From: Andalucia godoyi And28
Taxonomy: Eukaryota > Protista > Jakobida
Length of the DNA: 64,000 nt
Direction of reading: 5' to 3'
Assembly (NCBI GenBank): GCA_009859145.1
Contig: VRVR01000019.1
Span: 133,290 to 197,289 of the forward strand
Below, one piece after another: positions 1-11,980 of this stretch. Every line of letters begins with the position of its first letter. Position 1 is the first letter of the stretch. The position numbers were made by a program, and so were the translations under genes. Under the pieces are notes generated by a model. The model worked only from the letters and a program-made list of their open reading frames with translations. It did not search any database and was not told where the DNA came from.

Positions 1-126
1 AGAAGTCTGGAGAGGTTTTTTGGGTCGGGAGGGTGCTAGTAACTCGCTGCTCTTCTCGTTTGCTGTTTATTGCTTATTTACATACTTTGAAGAATCGTCG
101 ATTGCCATGACGATACGCGCTACATT

Positions 127-2628
127 ATGAACAACCAAAGTGACATTGTGGATACCAATCAGTTTCGATTGCGGCTTGCCAGTCTGCGTCTGAGGGTTCT
201 CCAGAGCAAGGTGCACGAAAGCTGCGCCTCATCAACTCGTCCTCAGGCTGTATCATTTCAGGCTGCTGGCACACAACAGAGGCCCTTTGAGGCCCGAATT
301 TTCGGTCCACAGGGATCGATGCACGATGAGCAGCAACATTCCAGAAGAATTCAGACGCAGCAGTTAATGTCTGTCCTGCAATCTCAACACGAGGCGCTGA
401 GATCGATGATGGCAGAGAGACAGAAGCTGCGGGAGACTCTGATTAAGATGGCAGAAGAAGAATTAGAAGAAGAGCCAGAATCGGAATCTCAGCTGCGTCA
501 ACAGGAAATGTTGCCTCAGCACCACACTCTGGGTGATGCGCGACAGGCTATTTTGTCAACGGCACGAAGGCGGAGTTCCAGTCGCGAACCTGATTTTGCC
601 CCCGATTGGTTTGAAAACTTTGAAAGGAAGATCGACCGATTGCTGAGAGCCAAGGAACGCGAGAATAGTGTGCACAATGAGTCCACAAGAGAGCCAGCGA
701 GAGGTGCAGCGAGTGGCTTGCGCCGTGTCCGCGGCTACGGTCCTGAGAATACCAGCGATGCTTTGGAAAATACGGATATCCAGAGCAAGTTACTGCAGGA
801 CTTGGTGCAGCAAAACATTGAAACACAGAAGTTCCTGATGGAACAGCAAAGATCTCTGATTGACGGCGGTTGTCGGGAGGCTCAGAAGAATAACAGGTTC
901 ACGAGACCAGGGAGTCCATCGGAATCGGAGAACGATATCCATACCGAGAATTACATGCCTCACAGGATCGGTGTTAACGAGAAGACCAGCAACAGCAACA
1001 GCAACAGCAACAACAGGGATGCAGACGAGAAGGGGCGAACGGAGACTTTGCAGGATCGAAGACAGTCCTTTGCGAAGCCGTCGAGCCGAATGCAAGCGTT
1101 GGAGCTGGATTCCAAGAAATCTGCTCCTGGCGACTTTTTAAATTCCAGTGACGACGACGAAGGCACAGATAGCTCAGACCGCGAGGAGGAAGATTCTGAT
1201 CTCAAAGCGGCGCGAGAGCGTCTAAAGGCCAAATTGGCGGCACTCGAGGGATCCTCCACTGCGAAAGCTCACACACCACTGCGAAAGCTTCGCATCCGCG
1301 TCTGGTATGTGTTGTTTGCGTTTATTCTCCGAAAGCTGTTGAAACAGAGGAAAGAGGATGCAGGTCGGTCGAGCACCGAGATGACTGCTTATCTGGATTC
1401 ATTTCTTCGTGCCTCCGAGTTCCTGACACGACGTGCTGTCAAGATCCCATTTGTTTCTGTTATTCAAGAGTCGAAAATGGAACTGGACATCATCAAGCCG
1501 GGAGAGAAGAGTGGAGAGGAATGGTCGTCAGTGCTGAAGAGCGAGAAAGAAACGCAAGTCCGCATCATGAAATTGAAAGTCAAAGCAAAAGGAATTCTCG
1601 ATGCGTTGACAGAACATTGGATCCTTCCGTGGGTGTACCTCCGGTTTCATCCCGACAAGCGCCAGCCTGTCTTTTCGGATGATGAGCAGGATGACGCTGC
1701 AGCTTCTGCAGCACCATCCGCTCGAAACTCGGTCAATCAGTCCGTTTATTCATTGAAGAAACAGGAGCAGGATGCTTCGTCTTTTGCATTGTTTCTGCAG
1801 AGTTCTCGTCGACATATGGATGACGAGAGTGTCAAATCCCATCTCGCGCTAATTCGGTTTTTCAGAGACTACCTTTCCCCCGGTAACTCCTTTCCGAAAG
1901 GATGGTATGCGCCTCAGGAGTCAAAGTTCATGTCCTTCAGTCCCGACGACAATGCAGCACCCCTTTCTATCTCTGTGGAGGGAGTATTCATTCAGGTGGC
2001 ACACTTTATTTTCTTTCGAGTTTTGATTGCCCGTGTCTTGCTACCCTCTTCATCAGCGGTTGTTTCGGGGTCTTCTGCGTTCAACTATTCTGGCAATAAG
2101 AAGGCCGCTCGGAATTTTTTGGTGATCTCTTCGCTCCTGTACGAAATTGTAATCCAAGCGCTTGTCAGGGGATGCCGAATTATGCGGTCCGATGCTGTTT
2201 ATGCGCCCGTTGAGAATCAGTTGTTGCCGGATGGAATCAGGAAAGCTCTTGCGAACGCAGTGTTTGGATCCTGGATGCAGGACACGTCCGCAAGTGTCTT
2301 TCGGTTCCTGTGCGACTTTGTGTTGTTGGTATTGTGCAAGAGGAAAGGAGAGGGTCTGTGGAGAAAGTTGAGTTTTCGATCCTCCGTGTTGGAAACATCT
2401 GCTTCTGGGCCGGCTTCCTCTGCTGAGGATCTGTCATGGTCGTCGTCTATCTGGTCCTTCTTTGTCGCGCTCATCGAAGATGGAACGTGGAAGAAGCATC
2501 GAAAGGAAAATAGAATGGACGCGCAGAGAAAGGCTTATCAATCTCAGGTTCAGGAAATCCGGAAGGTGCTGCAGGATTGGCTTGCAGTCCAGCATGCTAC
2601 AGACGCGAGAGGCCCAATGCGAAGCTAA
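127..2628 (+). CDS. Hypothetical protein (833 aa) with N-terminal coiled coils and low-complexity region and a structured, hydrophobic C-terminal half
   Basis: Long ATG-initiated ORF with E/Q/R-rich heptad segments (e.g. QHEALRSMMAERQKLRETLIKMAEEE). No family motif recognised. Confidence 0.75.
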   Translation: MNNQSDIVDTNQFRLRLASLRLRVLQSKVHESCASSTRPQAVSFQAAGTQQRPFEARIFGPQGSMHDEQQHSRRIQTQQLMSVLQSQHEALRSMMAERQKLRETLIKMAEEELEEEPESESQLRQQEMLPQHHTLGDARQAILSTARRRSSSREPDFAPDWFENFERKIDRLLRAKERENSVHNESTREPARGAASGLRRVRGYGPENTSDALENTDIQSKLLQDLVQQNIETQKFLMEQQRSLIDGGCREAQKNNRFTRPGSPSESENDIHTENYMPHRIGVNEKTSNSNSNSNNRDADEKGRTETLQDRRQSFAKPSSRMQALELDSKKSAPGDFLNSSDDDEGTDSSDREEEDSDLKAARERLKAKLAALEGSSTAKAHTPLRKLRIRVWYVLFAFILRKLLKQRKEDAGRSSTEMTAYLDSFLRASEFLTRRAVKIPFVSVIQESKMELDIIKPGEKSGEEWSSVLKSEKETQVRIMKLKVKAKGILDALTEHWILPWVYLRFHPDKRQPVFSDDEQDDAAASAAPSARNSVNQSVYSLKKQEQDASSFALFLQSSRRHMDDESVKSHLALIRFFRDYLSPGNSFPKGWYAPQESKFMSFSPDDNAAPLSISVEGVFIQVAHFIFFRVLIARVLLPSSSAVVSGSSAFNYSGNKKAARNFLVISSLLYEIVIQALVRGCRIMRSDAVYAPVENQLLPDGIRKALANAVFGSWMQDTSASVFRFLCDFVLLVLCKRKGEGLWRKLSFRSSVLETSASGPASSAEDLSWSSSIWSFFVALIEDGTWKKHRKENRMDAQRKAYQSQVQEIRKVLQDWLAVQHATDARGPMRS

Positions 2629-3040
2629 CGATAGTTGGAAGAGAGGCGAAGATCATTTGCTTTCTTTCTGTTTGGTGTTGTTTCTGTTTCTGCTCCATAT
2701 ATAATGTATCGTGTCGCGCTAAAAGGTAAACCGAGTCGTCTTCTCTCCTATTGGAACGTTTCCGAAACTCTGGTGTTCCTGCGTGCTGACACACACTAAT
2801 TGCTAGCAAGAATCAATGTCTGCTGTGCCATCTCCTCCATGTCCTCCGAAATGCGGCACCAAGAACGCAATCATGCGTACAGACCCCAACGGCTTGCACT
2901 CGTTGACGAAGCAAGAAGCGCACAATAGAAAATAATAGCGGAGTGTCGATCACGGCTGGCACTCACGGTCTTGAGACTTTGCCCGGCTCGTCGGACTCGG
3001 CAAATGAAAGCCATATTGATCCCTGCAGTGGGGTGGGACA

Positions 3041-6000
3041 TTAAAAGCAAGACAGCTCATCTTGGATAAAAGAATCTACCGAGGTTCCCGCAAACAATTC
3101 GTCAACAGACAAATCATCATTCCGGAGCGAAGTAGAAAGTCCGGAAACCGGAATGCGATGTCTTCGGGAGAACTCTGCAATCCAGGTCACCAGTGCTGCT
3201 TTCAAGTGCTCCTCCTCTGCTGCCAAGTCCTTCTTGTCCTCAGCAGAAGTTCGCTCGGTATCCTCCTCCTTGGAGGAAAGCGATCCCACAGACGAGGTCG
3301 ACGAGGAAGAGGCACTATCGTCGGTAAGCCACATGTCTCCAATATCATTCTTCAGATTGTGGTAGATCAGTGAAACCAGCTTCAGATTCGCAGAAATGCC
3401 TCGGAACTTTCGGCCCAACAATGGTGCCATACTCTTGATGATCTTCAATGAATACAGATTGACCTCCGGCATGAAGAACGTCTGCTCATTTGAAACTAGA
3501 AGCATTCTCTTCATGCTCGAATGAGCTTTGAAGTGAACAAGGACCGACACACGAGAATTCACATGTTTTGTTAGCTTTTGCAGCACACGGAGGAATAGCA
3601 CAGTAATGGACCACGCTCTGAAATTGATTTTTGTCGGATACTCGGAGATCGACCCAGAAAAAATCGGCCAGTCCAACATTTCATGAATCATTTCACTTTG
3701 CCATTCCAGGGCAGTGAGAAACTTCAAAATAAGCAGCAGAACCTTTCCATCAACAAGGCGCATTGCAAAGTCCTCCGACGGCAATCCATGAAGAACTCGC
3801 TTCCATTTCTTCAAGAGCAGCAATAAAATGTGTCCGACAGACCGCAGTACAATGGACTTGCACCGAGACTTTCCCATTGTAGCGACCAACTCGGGAAGTT
3901 TGGAAAGCGGAGACGGAGCGGTCGCATACGTAACGCCGGCTGGAAGATCATCCGGAGAGGAGAATCGTTCCAGATCGGCCAAAAAGAAAATGTGTCCCCG
4001 ATAGAAGCTCTTCTTCGCCGACGGAAGCGATGCGTACATGATCTTCAGAAGAGCATTGACGAATTGGTCCATTTGAGGAACCATTCGAGTGAAATAATCT
4101 TCGACAACCAGTGACGCGTTGTCCGCTGACGACACGGTACCCGCTGTGGAAAATGCCGGAAGATGGGAGGTTGAGATATGGTACTCATCGGTCATTCGAT
4201 TGACAAACTCTGTCACTCGTGAAACGCGGTCCTCCAACGCGTGCTTCGCTGTAACATCAACAGCTTCTTTGAGAGACTTTGGAACAGAACCGAGAAAGCG
4301 TCGGCCCTCGAGCTTGGACTGCAGCTCATCCAAATAACGACGCCGAGACTTTTGACGAGACCCCCTAGCAGAATTTGTGTAATGGCCCGAGGACGCCGCC
4401 CCTTCATCCGTTCCGTCTACGATCGGATCCACGCACGATCTCGCACGACAGGAGTCAATCGGGCCGCAAGTCGCGACCAAAATCTTCTCAAACAACAGCA
4501 CAAGGCGCTTCACAGGAAGCACTTGGTTGTGGTCTGTCGCCACAAGGATCAGCAGCTGGGAAACGTTTTCCAATGGAGACTGTCCATTCCAAAGAACTGT
4601 GCGAAGTTCGGCAGACAGATTCGCGGTCAGGTCAGAGTGATCGCTGCCGTCACCGTCACCGTCGACTAGAGACTTCTCCTGTCTGAGGATATGCTGTCGG
4701 CATCGTTCTGTAAGCAGTAATGCCAAGGACAGTGACCATCGACACAACGCACGAAGATACGTCAACGACGATGAGTTTGCTACGGAACGCAGTGGGGAGT
4801 CCGCAGAAAACTCTCCAGCTGCCTCCTGTGCATTCGGTTCTGTACTCTGCATATGCGTCTGACTTGAGTCATTCAGTTTCGACTGCGCATGTGGCGGCGG
4901 TTGTGAAGGAGACGACGCAGGGGAGCTTTTTGCAATGTCCTTGTCTGTTCTGACTCGGGTCATCGCCGAGCTGCAGACATTCATTGCAAATTGAAGAACT
5001 GGAATCAAACAGCCTTCTGACAGCAGAAGATCACATCCGCGTTGAACACCATCCTTCTCGGGGGCGGTAGACTGTGAAGAGTCTGAAAATGAATCGCATC
5101 CGATCCGCACAGTTGCCGAACTGGCCGAACCACCTCCGATGAAAAAGACACTCGGGATTCCGAGGGCAATATCGTACAGCTTCCTCAGCGCACACAGCCT
5201 AACCTGTTCATCCAAGCTTTCTAGACGATCCACGACAAAAGACACCGAGGTCGTTGGTGCAAAAACAGACTGGATGCTTTGCGATAGAACATTCTCTGGT
5301 AGCGAGAACGACCCCTTGTCCTCACGCAGACTCCATAACACATGGCGAGGAGGTTCGTGCACCGGATCGTCAATGTATGAAAATATCTCCTCAAAATAAT
5401 ACCAATCCAGGCGGGGGTCAAGGTACACCCAGTCAAAATAGTATCTTTCCCTGGATGGCCCTCCGCTACTAGAATCCGTATCCTCTCCAGAGTATATGGA
5501 TTCACCAGACACTGAGGAGGAGGAGGAGGAGGAGGAGGAGGACAACGTAGACGACGACGAAGAGATTAGCGAAGCAGAAGCAGTAGAAGGAGCATTACGA
5601 AGATCAAAGATCTGGCCATTCATTGATTGCAGATTAGCCTCATGTGCATGCTCCATATCATCTCCGGTTTCGCAAAGGGCATCTTCCACGCCGGCAGTCG
5701 ACTGCGTTTCGACATACCGATGTCTTCCGTTCATTGGTTTCCGTTCATACATTGTGCTCATCTTTCCTTTCGCTGCGGACTGCCCAAGCCCGCTGCCTGC
5801 GCCGTCCTTCCCATTTGCGCGGCCACTGATCGGCGTCTCCATCCGACTCATCATCGAAATCGCTTCCTGCGACGAATCCAAGTTCAGCGAATCTTTAGGC
5901 AACGGTCTCCTTGACTTGCGAGACGATGCGGCACCAACTACACCACCTCCACCTCCCGCGTACGTTGCAGATGCATCGTCTGAAAACGAAGGCGCCAAAG

Positions 6001-6322
6001 CAGGTTCCGATGCAGACGAATTGCTCACTGGCGAATCCACCACACCCCGTTGCATAATTCGAATAGGTCGACTAGGCAACGGACTTCCAACCCCCGTTGC
6101 CATCGTGGTGGCGGGTGACGTCGCAGTTGAGGTGGAAGCGTGTGTCGCTGTCGTTGCCATAGAAGAAGGCGTCGGAGAGTCCGGAGAACCAGGAATAGGC
6201 ACTCGAGTCAGCAGATGACTGGGGTGATGGCTAGTAGTCCATGCTTCTGTGGCTGCTAAATCATCCGGAATAGGAAGCTCGTCATTCCCAGATTCTGCAG
6301 TGCTCGGTGCAGAATTACTCAT
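3041..6322 (-). CDS. STRIP1: STRIPAK scaffold STRIP1/FAM40/Far11 homolog (N1221 + DUF3402 type)
   Basis: C-terminal LRVLQKLTKHVNSRVSVLVHFKAHSSMKRML...NLYSLKIIKSMAPLLGRKFR..NLKLVSLIYHNLKNDIGDMW parallels the STRIP1/Far11 C-terminus (LRILNKLTKWKHSRTMMLVVFKSAPILKRAL...LYVLKLLK...LGRQWR..NMK.MSAIY). The ORF-track start at 6340 is TTG; the first ATG is at 6322. Confidence 0.85.
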   Translation of the reverse strand: MSNSAPSTAESGNDELPIPDDLAATEAWTTSHHPSHLLTRVPIPGSPDSPTPSSMATTATHASTSTATSPATTMATGVGSPLPSRPIRIMQRGVVDSPVSNSSASEPALAPSFSDDASATYAGGGGGVVGAASSRKSRRPLPKDSLNLDSSQEAISMMSRMETPISGRANGKDGAGSGLGQSAAKGKMSTMYERKPMNGRHRYVETQSTAGVEDALCETGDDMEHAHEANLQSMNGQIFDLRNAPSTASASLISSSSSTLSSSSSSSSSSVSGESIYSGEDTDSSSGGPSRERYYFDWVYLDPRLDWYYFEEIFSYIDDPVHEPPRHVLWSLREDKGSFSLPENVLSQSIQSVFAPTTSVSFVVDRLESLDEQVRLCALRKLYDIALGIPSVFFIGGGSASSATVRIGCDSFSDSSQSTAPEKDGVQRGCDLLLSEGCLIPVLQFAMNVCSSAMTRVRTDKDIAKSSPASSPSQPPPHAQSKLNDSSQTHMQSTEPNAQEAAGEFSADSPLRSVANSSSLTYLRALCRWSLSLALLLTERCRQHILRQEKSLVDGDGDGSDHSDLTANLSAELRTVLWNGQSPLENVSQLLILVATDHNQVLPVKRLVLLFEKILVATCGPIDSCRARSCVDPIVDGTDEGAASSGHYTNSARGSRQKSRRRYLDELQSKLEGRRFLGSVPKSLKEAVDVTAKHALEDRVSRVTEFVNRMTDEYHISTSHLPAFSTAGTVSSADNASLVVEDYFTRMVPQMDQFVNALLKIMYASLPSAKKSFYRGHIFFLADLERFSSPDDLPAGVTYATAPSPLSKLPELVATMGKSRCKSIVLRSVGHILLLLLKKWKRVLHGLPSEDFAMRLVDGKVLLLILKFLTALEWQSEMIHEMLDWPIFSGSISEYPTKINFRAWSITVLFLRVLQKLTKHVNSRVSVLVHFKAHSSMKRMLLVSNEQTFFMPEVNLYSLKIIKSMAPLLGRKFRGISANLKLVSLIYHNLKNDIGDMWLTDDSASSSSTSSVGSLSSKEEDTERTSAEDKKDLAAEEEHLKAALVTWIAEFSRRHRIPVSGLSTSLRNDDLSVDELFAGTSVDSFIQDELSCF

Positions 6323-6770
6323 GTACAACTTGCTGTACAAAAAGCAAGCAAACCCGTAAGTCTACGTCCTGCAGGATTGAGTTAAGGTGATGGATCTGCT
6401 CTTGCTTGTTTCCGTCCTCGCTGCTCCAGCAGTACTCTCGTATTCAAACAATTGTTATTATTTGTGCAAAATAAAAGGAATAAGAATGACAATTGGATGT
6501 GTATTCGAGCAGTGATTGACGACGAATAAAGTGTCTTCGGTCCAACAGCCGTCTTGTTCTGGGCTGTAGCATCGATTGTGCCCATAGCATCAATTTCGGG
6601 ACAAAAGATTCGATGAGAGATTCGACTTTTTCCGAGCACAGAAGCAGCAAGTGGCAAACTTTTGGTTTATGCAACACGCCTCTCCGACCATCTTGCTTGC
6701 CATATGGCTTAACCTAAGTGCAGAAGGGGAAAAAACGGACCCATCGACCAGGAATCCCCCCCTCTGTACA

Positions 6771-7672
<902 letters not shown>

Positions 7673-8061
7673 TCGCGGGCCTTGATTCCCAATTTCCAAC
7701 ACCAATCAACGATCAACAATCAAAAAAGTAGCAATAAACAAGGTAAACCATGGTTTTCCTTCTGGGGGAATTTGCGTTCGTTTCGACAACTGTCAACAGT
7801 CCAACTTGGAATAAAGAAAACCCGACAACGCGCGCGCCTGTCGTCCTCATTTCGACTTTAGAAGCCTTTTTTCCCGTCCTTTTCTTTTTCTCCTTCTTTT
7901 CCTCCTCCTCCTCCTTCTTCTCCTTCTTCTTCTTCTTCTTCTTCTTTTTCCAGTTGTTCGTTTTTCTTTTTGTATCAATTTTCCGTCCTGTTGGATATTC
8001 AGTTGTGGCTGATTCTGGGTCTTCTCTTTCTCTGCGCCGATTGCCATTTCATCGCATATAG

Positions 8062-10767
8062 ATGGGTCGTAAGCGTGCTGCGGGGTCTGGGTCGGCAAGT
8101 GGTGGGGTGTCTGCTGCAGGTTCCGCGATCGGACTTCCCCACGGACACCCACATGGGCATCCGTCGTCTGTGTCTGCTGCAGGTGGAGGCGGTCCATCAG
8201 CCGGGGCTGTCATCATGCCACAAATTTCATCTTCGCGCTTTGTTGCAGCCGAATACTGCGATTTTATCAAAATGGAATTTGATCGATTAATGGCTGAAAA
8301 CATGACTGCGCGCGCGGACCTCGAGCGGTCCCTTGCAGATCGAGAGGAAATGGATGCAACGGCTAAAAAGTTTTTTGAGACTGCATATTTTTTGAATGTG
8401 CAACTTCACAAGCAAAACATTGTGAACGAACGTCTATTTGCAATAGCGGAGAATCTTTTGCGTTCTCATGCCAATGAGCCTCTTGCTGCGATTTTGGACA
8501 AGCAGCTTTCTGCCGTGGAAGACGTGTCCGTGCAAGAAACGCAGAAGAGGATCGCGCAGAATATGCTTTCCTACCATCCATTTCCTATCGAGTTGTACAT
8601 GGATGATGGACGGCAGTTCCACCACCATGTTTCTGCCGCACAAACACAAGCCCATGCCGTCGCAGCAGCCCATGCTGCTCATGCTCATGCACAAACACAG
8701 GCACAGGCACAGGCCGCTCATGCTGCTGCTGCTGCGGCGGCGGCGCAGGCGCATCATCAGCAGCATCTGCATGGAATGCAATTGGGCTTGCCAATGATGC
8801 CAATGGCTGTTGCGATGCCGCAAACACAACCGCAACCGCCCGGGCAGCCGTATCCGCATCCTTTGACACCAAACTCTGGAGGTCAGCACGGACATGCCAT
8901 GTCAAGTCCACAGAGCATGTCCATGAACACTTCCTTTGAAAACAAGACTCTGGGTTCGCCAAGCACGGGAGTCATTCAAGGCGGCTCTCCTTTTAAGCAG
9001 TTGCCGCAGCAGCAGCAACAACAGTTCCTTCACCTGCACCATCAACAACAACAGCAGCAAATTCAGCACATGCAACAGCATCACCATCAACAACAACACC
9101 AGCTTCATCATCATCAGCAGCAACAGCAGCAACAGCAACAACAACAGCTGCAGCTGCAGCATGTTGACAATGTGCCAAGCGTTTCTGTTTCATCTCCTCA
9201 AATGATGGACATCGAGACATCGGAGACAACGCGAAACCCGCCCGAGACTCTTGCATCGCCGCTGCTGCAGACGTCTGCAGACTTGGGATCGTCTTTGCAT
9301 CCTTCGCATGTTCCCAGTTCTCCATCTGGTCAGCCATTAGGAAGCTCTTCAACAGCCGAGCCTTTGAAAACGGCGGATGAAAAATCGACTCCGATTGTGT
9401 CGGATTCCACAATCGTTTCAGGTACTGGGTCTCTCTCTGGCCTCAGCCCAGGTTCTGGTTTCAGTTCCGGTTTCGGGGCTCAATCTGGATCTGGATCCGG
9501 TTTGTCAGCTGCTACTGCAAAGCCGAGCCCGTCGTCCCCGTTACCCGTGCACGCGTCCTCCGAAGCGGGTCTTCACTCGCAAATATCCGGAAGCGCTGTG
9601 ATGCAATCTTCTTCCGATCACGCTGCTGACCTGTCGTTTTCCAGTAGTGGCGATGTGCGTAGCAGTGTCCCTGCACCGCAAGGGAGTTCTGAGGTTGCTT
9701 CATCAGGATCCTCTATTACGTCGAACACGGATTCGCTCGAACCGTTCGTGCGAAAAACCAACCTGAAGTTGTTGTACGCTTACGAAACAACGTACCCAGT
9801 TTCTGCCATGACGATTGACGTTCAAAGAAACAGGCTGTACGTTGGACATCGCGGAGTGTTTGAAACATATGTTCTCGATTCCGGAAGATGTCTAGGCAGT
9901 GAAACCATCTTTGATCGATTTCATATTCGTGCTTCCGTACTTTCGCTGAGTGGTCGCCACTTGTATTTATGTGGAGAATCGCAGGTCGTAGTGGGCTGGG
10001 ATCTTCAGACGCATCAGCGGTCATTCCATTTGGAAACTGGCGTGCATCAGTATGCATTGACCTTTTCGGACGAGAACACGCTGCTTTGCAGTCAGGCTGC
10101 TGGAGTCATTGCTGCGTGGGACGTGCGATCGAATGGCATGGCCCCTGTTGGAGTCTTCCCCCGACCAAACGCGCAGGCGTCTCGCATTTCCTCTTTGCAA
10201 ATGCTCGGAGAAGGGTCGCCTTTCGTGATTGCTGCTGATGCCGGTGGCTTCATTCGTGTGTGGGATGTCCGCATGATGGTTTCCAATCTTTCCAATCCCT
10301 CCGTCATCAGCTGCAACGAAAGCAAGGGAGCATCTCTTCTGTCTGCAGAAGAGATGCGCGAGTGTGGATTGGTTGCAGTTCGCGGGTTTGGTCATGCAGT
10401 CAACTCAGTGTCGGTGCGCAATGGAACTGTCTTGGCTGGAAAAGCAGACGGCGAATTGCTTATTCTGTCTGCCGAGACGCTTGACGTGTTGGGCGTCGAA
10501 AAGACAGACTCTCCGATCCTCGCTGTGAAGCACATGAAGTCTTCGCCCGGCCACACCGAAGAAGAGGCGGTTCCTGCGATTGTCTGTGGGCAAAACGGCA
10601 ACCTGCAAGTTTGGGGTGGTCGACAGTCTCTTCTTGTGGACGACGCAGTCTTATGCATTGACACTACCGACCGGTTTGTCGCGTGTGGCTTGTGGAACCA
10701 CTCGTTCAGCGTCTTTATCGACAGCTCCGTGGAGTCTGTCTCCCCGATCCACACAGTACATCGTTGA
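8062..10767 (+). CDS. Groucho/TLE (Tup1-superfamily) transcriptional corepressor: TLE_N helical domain, Q/H/S-rich linker, WD40 propeller
   Basis: N-terminal DFIKMEFDRL...FFETAYFLNVQLHKQNIVNERL resembles TLE DRIKEEFQFL...[22 protein letters not shown]. WD40 blades HIRASVLSLSGRHLYLCGESQVVVGWDL and QYALTFSDENTLLCSQAAGVIAAWDV resemble the TLE blades. Confidence 0.8.
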   Translation: MGRKRAAGSGSASGGVSAAGSAIGLPHGHPHGHPSSVSAAGGGGPSAGAVIMPQISSSRFVAAEYCDFIKMEFDRLMAENMTARADLERSLADREEMDATAKKFFETAYFLNVQLHKQNIVNERLFAIAENLLRSHANEPLAAILDKQLSAVEDVSVQETQKRIAQNMLSYHPFPIELYMDDGRQFHHHVSAAQTQAHAVAAAHAAHAHAQTQAQAQAAHAAAAAAAAQAHHQQHLHGMQLGLPMMPMAVAMPQTQPQPPGQPYPHPLTPNSGGQHGHAMSSPQSMSMNTSFENKTLGSPSTGVIQGGSPFKQLPQQQQQQFLHLHHQQQQQQIQHMQQHHHQQQHQLHHHQQQQQQQQQQQLQLQHVDNVPSVSVSSPQMMDIETSETTRNPPETLASPLLQTSADLGSSLHPSHVPSSPSGQPLGSSSTAEPLKTADEKSTPIVSDSTIVSGTGSLSGLSPGSGFSSGFGAQSGSGSGLSAATAKPSPSSPLPVHASSEAGLHSQISGSAVMQSSSDHAADLSFSSSGDVRSSVPAPQGSSEVASSGSSITSNTDSLEPFVRKTNLKLLYAYETTYPVSAMTIDVQRNRLYVGHRGVFETYVLDSGRCLGSETIFDRFHIRASVLSLSGRHLYLCGESQVVVGWDLQTHQRSFHLETGVHQYALTFSDENTLLCSQAAGVIAAWDVRSNGMAPVGVFPRPNAQASRISSLQMLGEGSPFVIAADAGGFIRVWDVRMMVSNLSNPSVISCNESKGASLLSAEEMRECGLVAVRGFGHAVNSVSVRNGTVLAGKADGELLILSAETLDVLGVEKTDSPILAVKHMKSSPGHTEEEAVPAIVCGQNGNLQVWGGRQSLLVDDAVLCIDTTDRFVACGLWNHSFSVFIDSSVESVSPIHTVHR

Positions 10768-11774
10768 AACAGTTTCATCCTCTTAATTGAAGGTAAGTAA
10801 TTAAAATGATTTTTAAAAAGGATGGAATCCTGTTCTCTTCGCCACGCGAACTTCCTCTCCTTCTCCCCTGCGTGCGCGGAAAATGCAGTCAACGGAAGAT
10901 GCGAAATGACAGTGTTTGCTGATAATTTTGTGTCAACTATTGTTTTGACAGCGCAGACGTGCCATGCTCCCAAGGCAAAACTGCTCGTTGGACTAGTGCT
11001 GCTGCCGAATCGAAAGTGCCTTTTGGAAGGAGGAAAACACATTATGAACAATACAGTTATGAAAAACGACAGATTCTGGCGAGGTTTGTGCAGGGGGGTT
11101 GTATAGTAGTAGGTGTAGTACTATTGATGTTTACGGCGACACATCCAAAAAAACAAACTTATCACAGCAAATTTTCTCAGCATAGATGCATGGTCGTCAA
11201 AACATCAACCTCATGACTGCAGCCAGCAACGACCGCGAATTATCATTATTGCATCACAGAAGAAACGGTTGACCGTTTTGTGCATCAACATTGAACATTA
11301 AACAATATTATGCCGGAAGTTTGTTTATCTGCAGGGACGCGATGTTCATACCGCGGTCAAGTCCAGAATTTCTTCATTCTGCACTTTTTATTCTTCTATT
11401 TATTTCTGTTATTTTACATTTTTAATCGAACCCTCAAGCACCTTTCATCAGAGACAAACCACGTCTCATGGCTCCAAAGAGAGATCTTCCCGACAAACTC
11501 ACACCGGTCCTGCCCGAAGATACCGAGAACCAAGAAACCCGTTGACCCCCCTCTCGTCGGAGGCCGAGAGCAAGAGGAAGCGATGATCCTTTGATACAGA
11601 GCAATCTGCATTGAAGAGTTGGTGCTCGCCCCAAACTGGATCTGTCTTTGGTGACAGCTTAGCCGACAATCGGTATCGATTTGTGTTTTGGCCAGCGGAT
11701 CCCGACCAGCATACCGCATCTACTGTATGCGTTCATAGAAAGTATTTCCCTCCAACCCAAATCCTCTCCAAGCA

Positions 11775-11980
11775 TTTGGCTCGCATGCTGCGCCTCAAAC
11801 TGATTTTGATTATTTTTTTTGGCGTAAAGGGACTCTATAAGCCAGCATCAGCGCTCATCATCGATTACAAAGGAATCGGTAGTCAATATTCGACAGTGTC
11901 TCTCAGCGGGCCCTCGACCTGCACACGTTCAACCGTACTATCCGATGATGCCGCAATCGTCAACCAGACCTTTGGGGTTG
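11775..11980 (+). repeat. Dispersed repeat, copy 1 (~205 bp; copy 2 at 55515-55712)
   Basis: Near-identical direct copy 44 kb away, sharing e.g. GGCGTAAAGGGACT.TATAAGCCAGCATCAGCGCTCATCATCGATTACAAAGGAATCGGT.GTCAATATTCGACAGTGTCTCTCAGCGGGCCCTCGACCTGCACACGTTCA. Differences are scattered substitutions and an indel in the T-rich tract. Confidence 0.95.

Noticed and set aside
11775-11980. Crinkler-like N-terminal pseudogene reading on the minus strand of the dispersed repeat
   Set aside because: Needs several frameshifts and read-through stops; the similarity is too weak to support.
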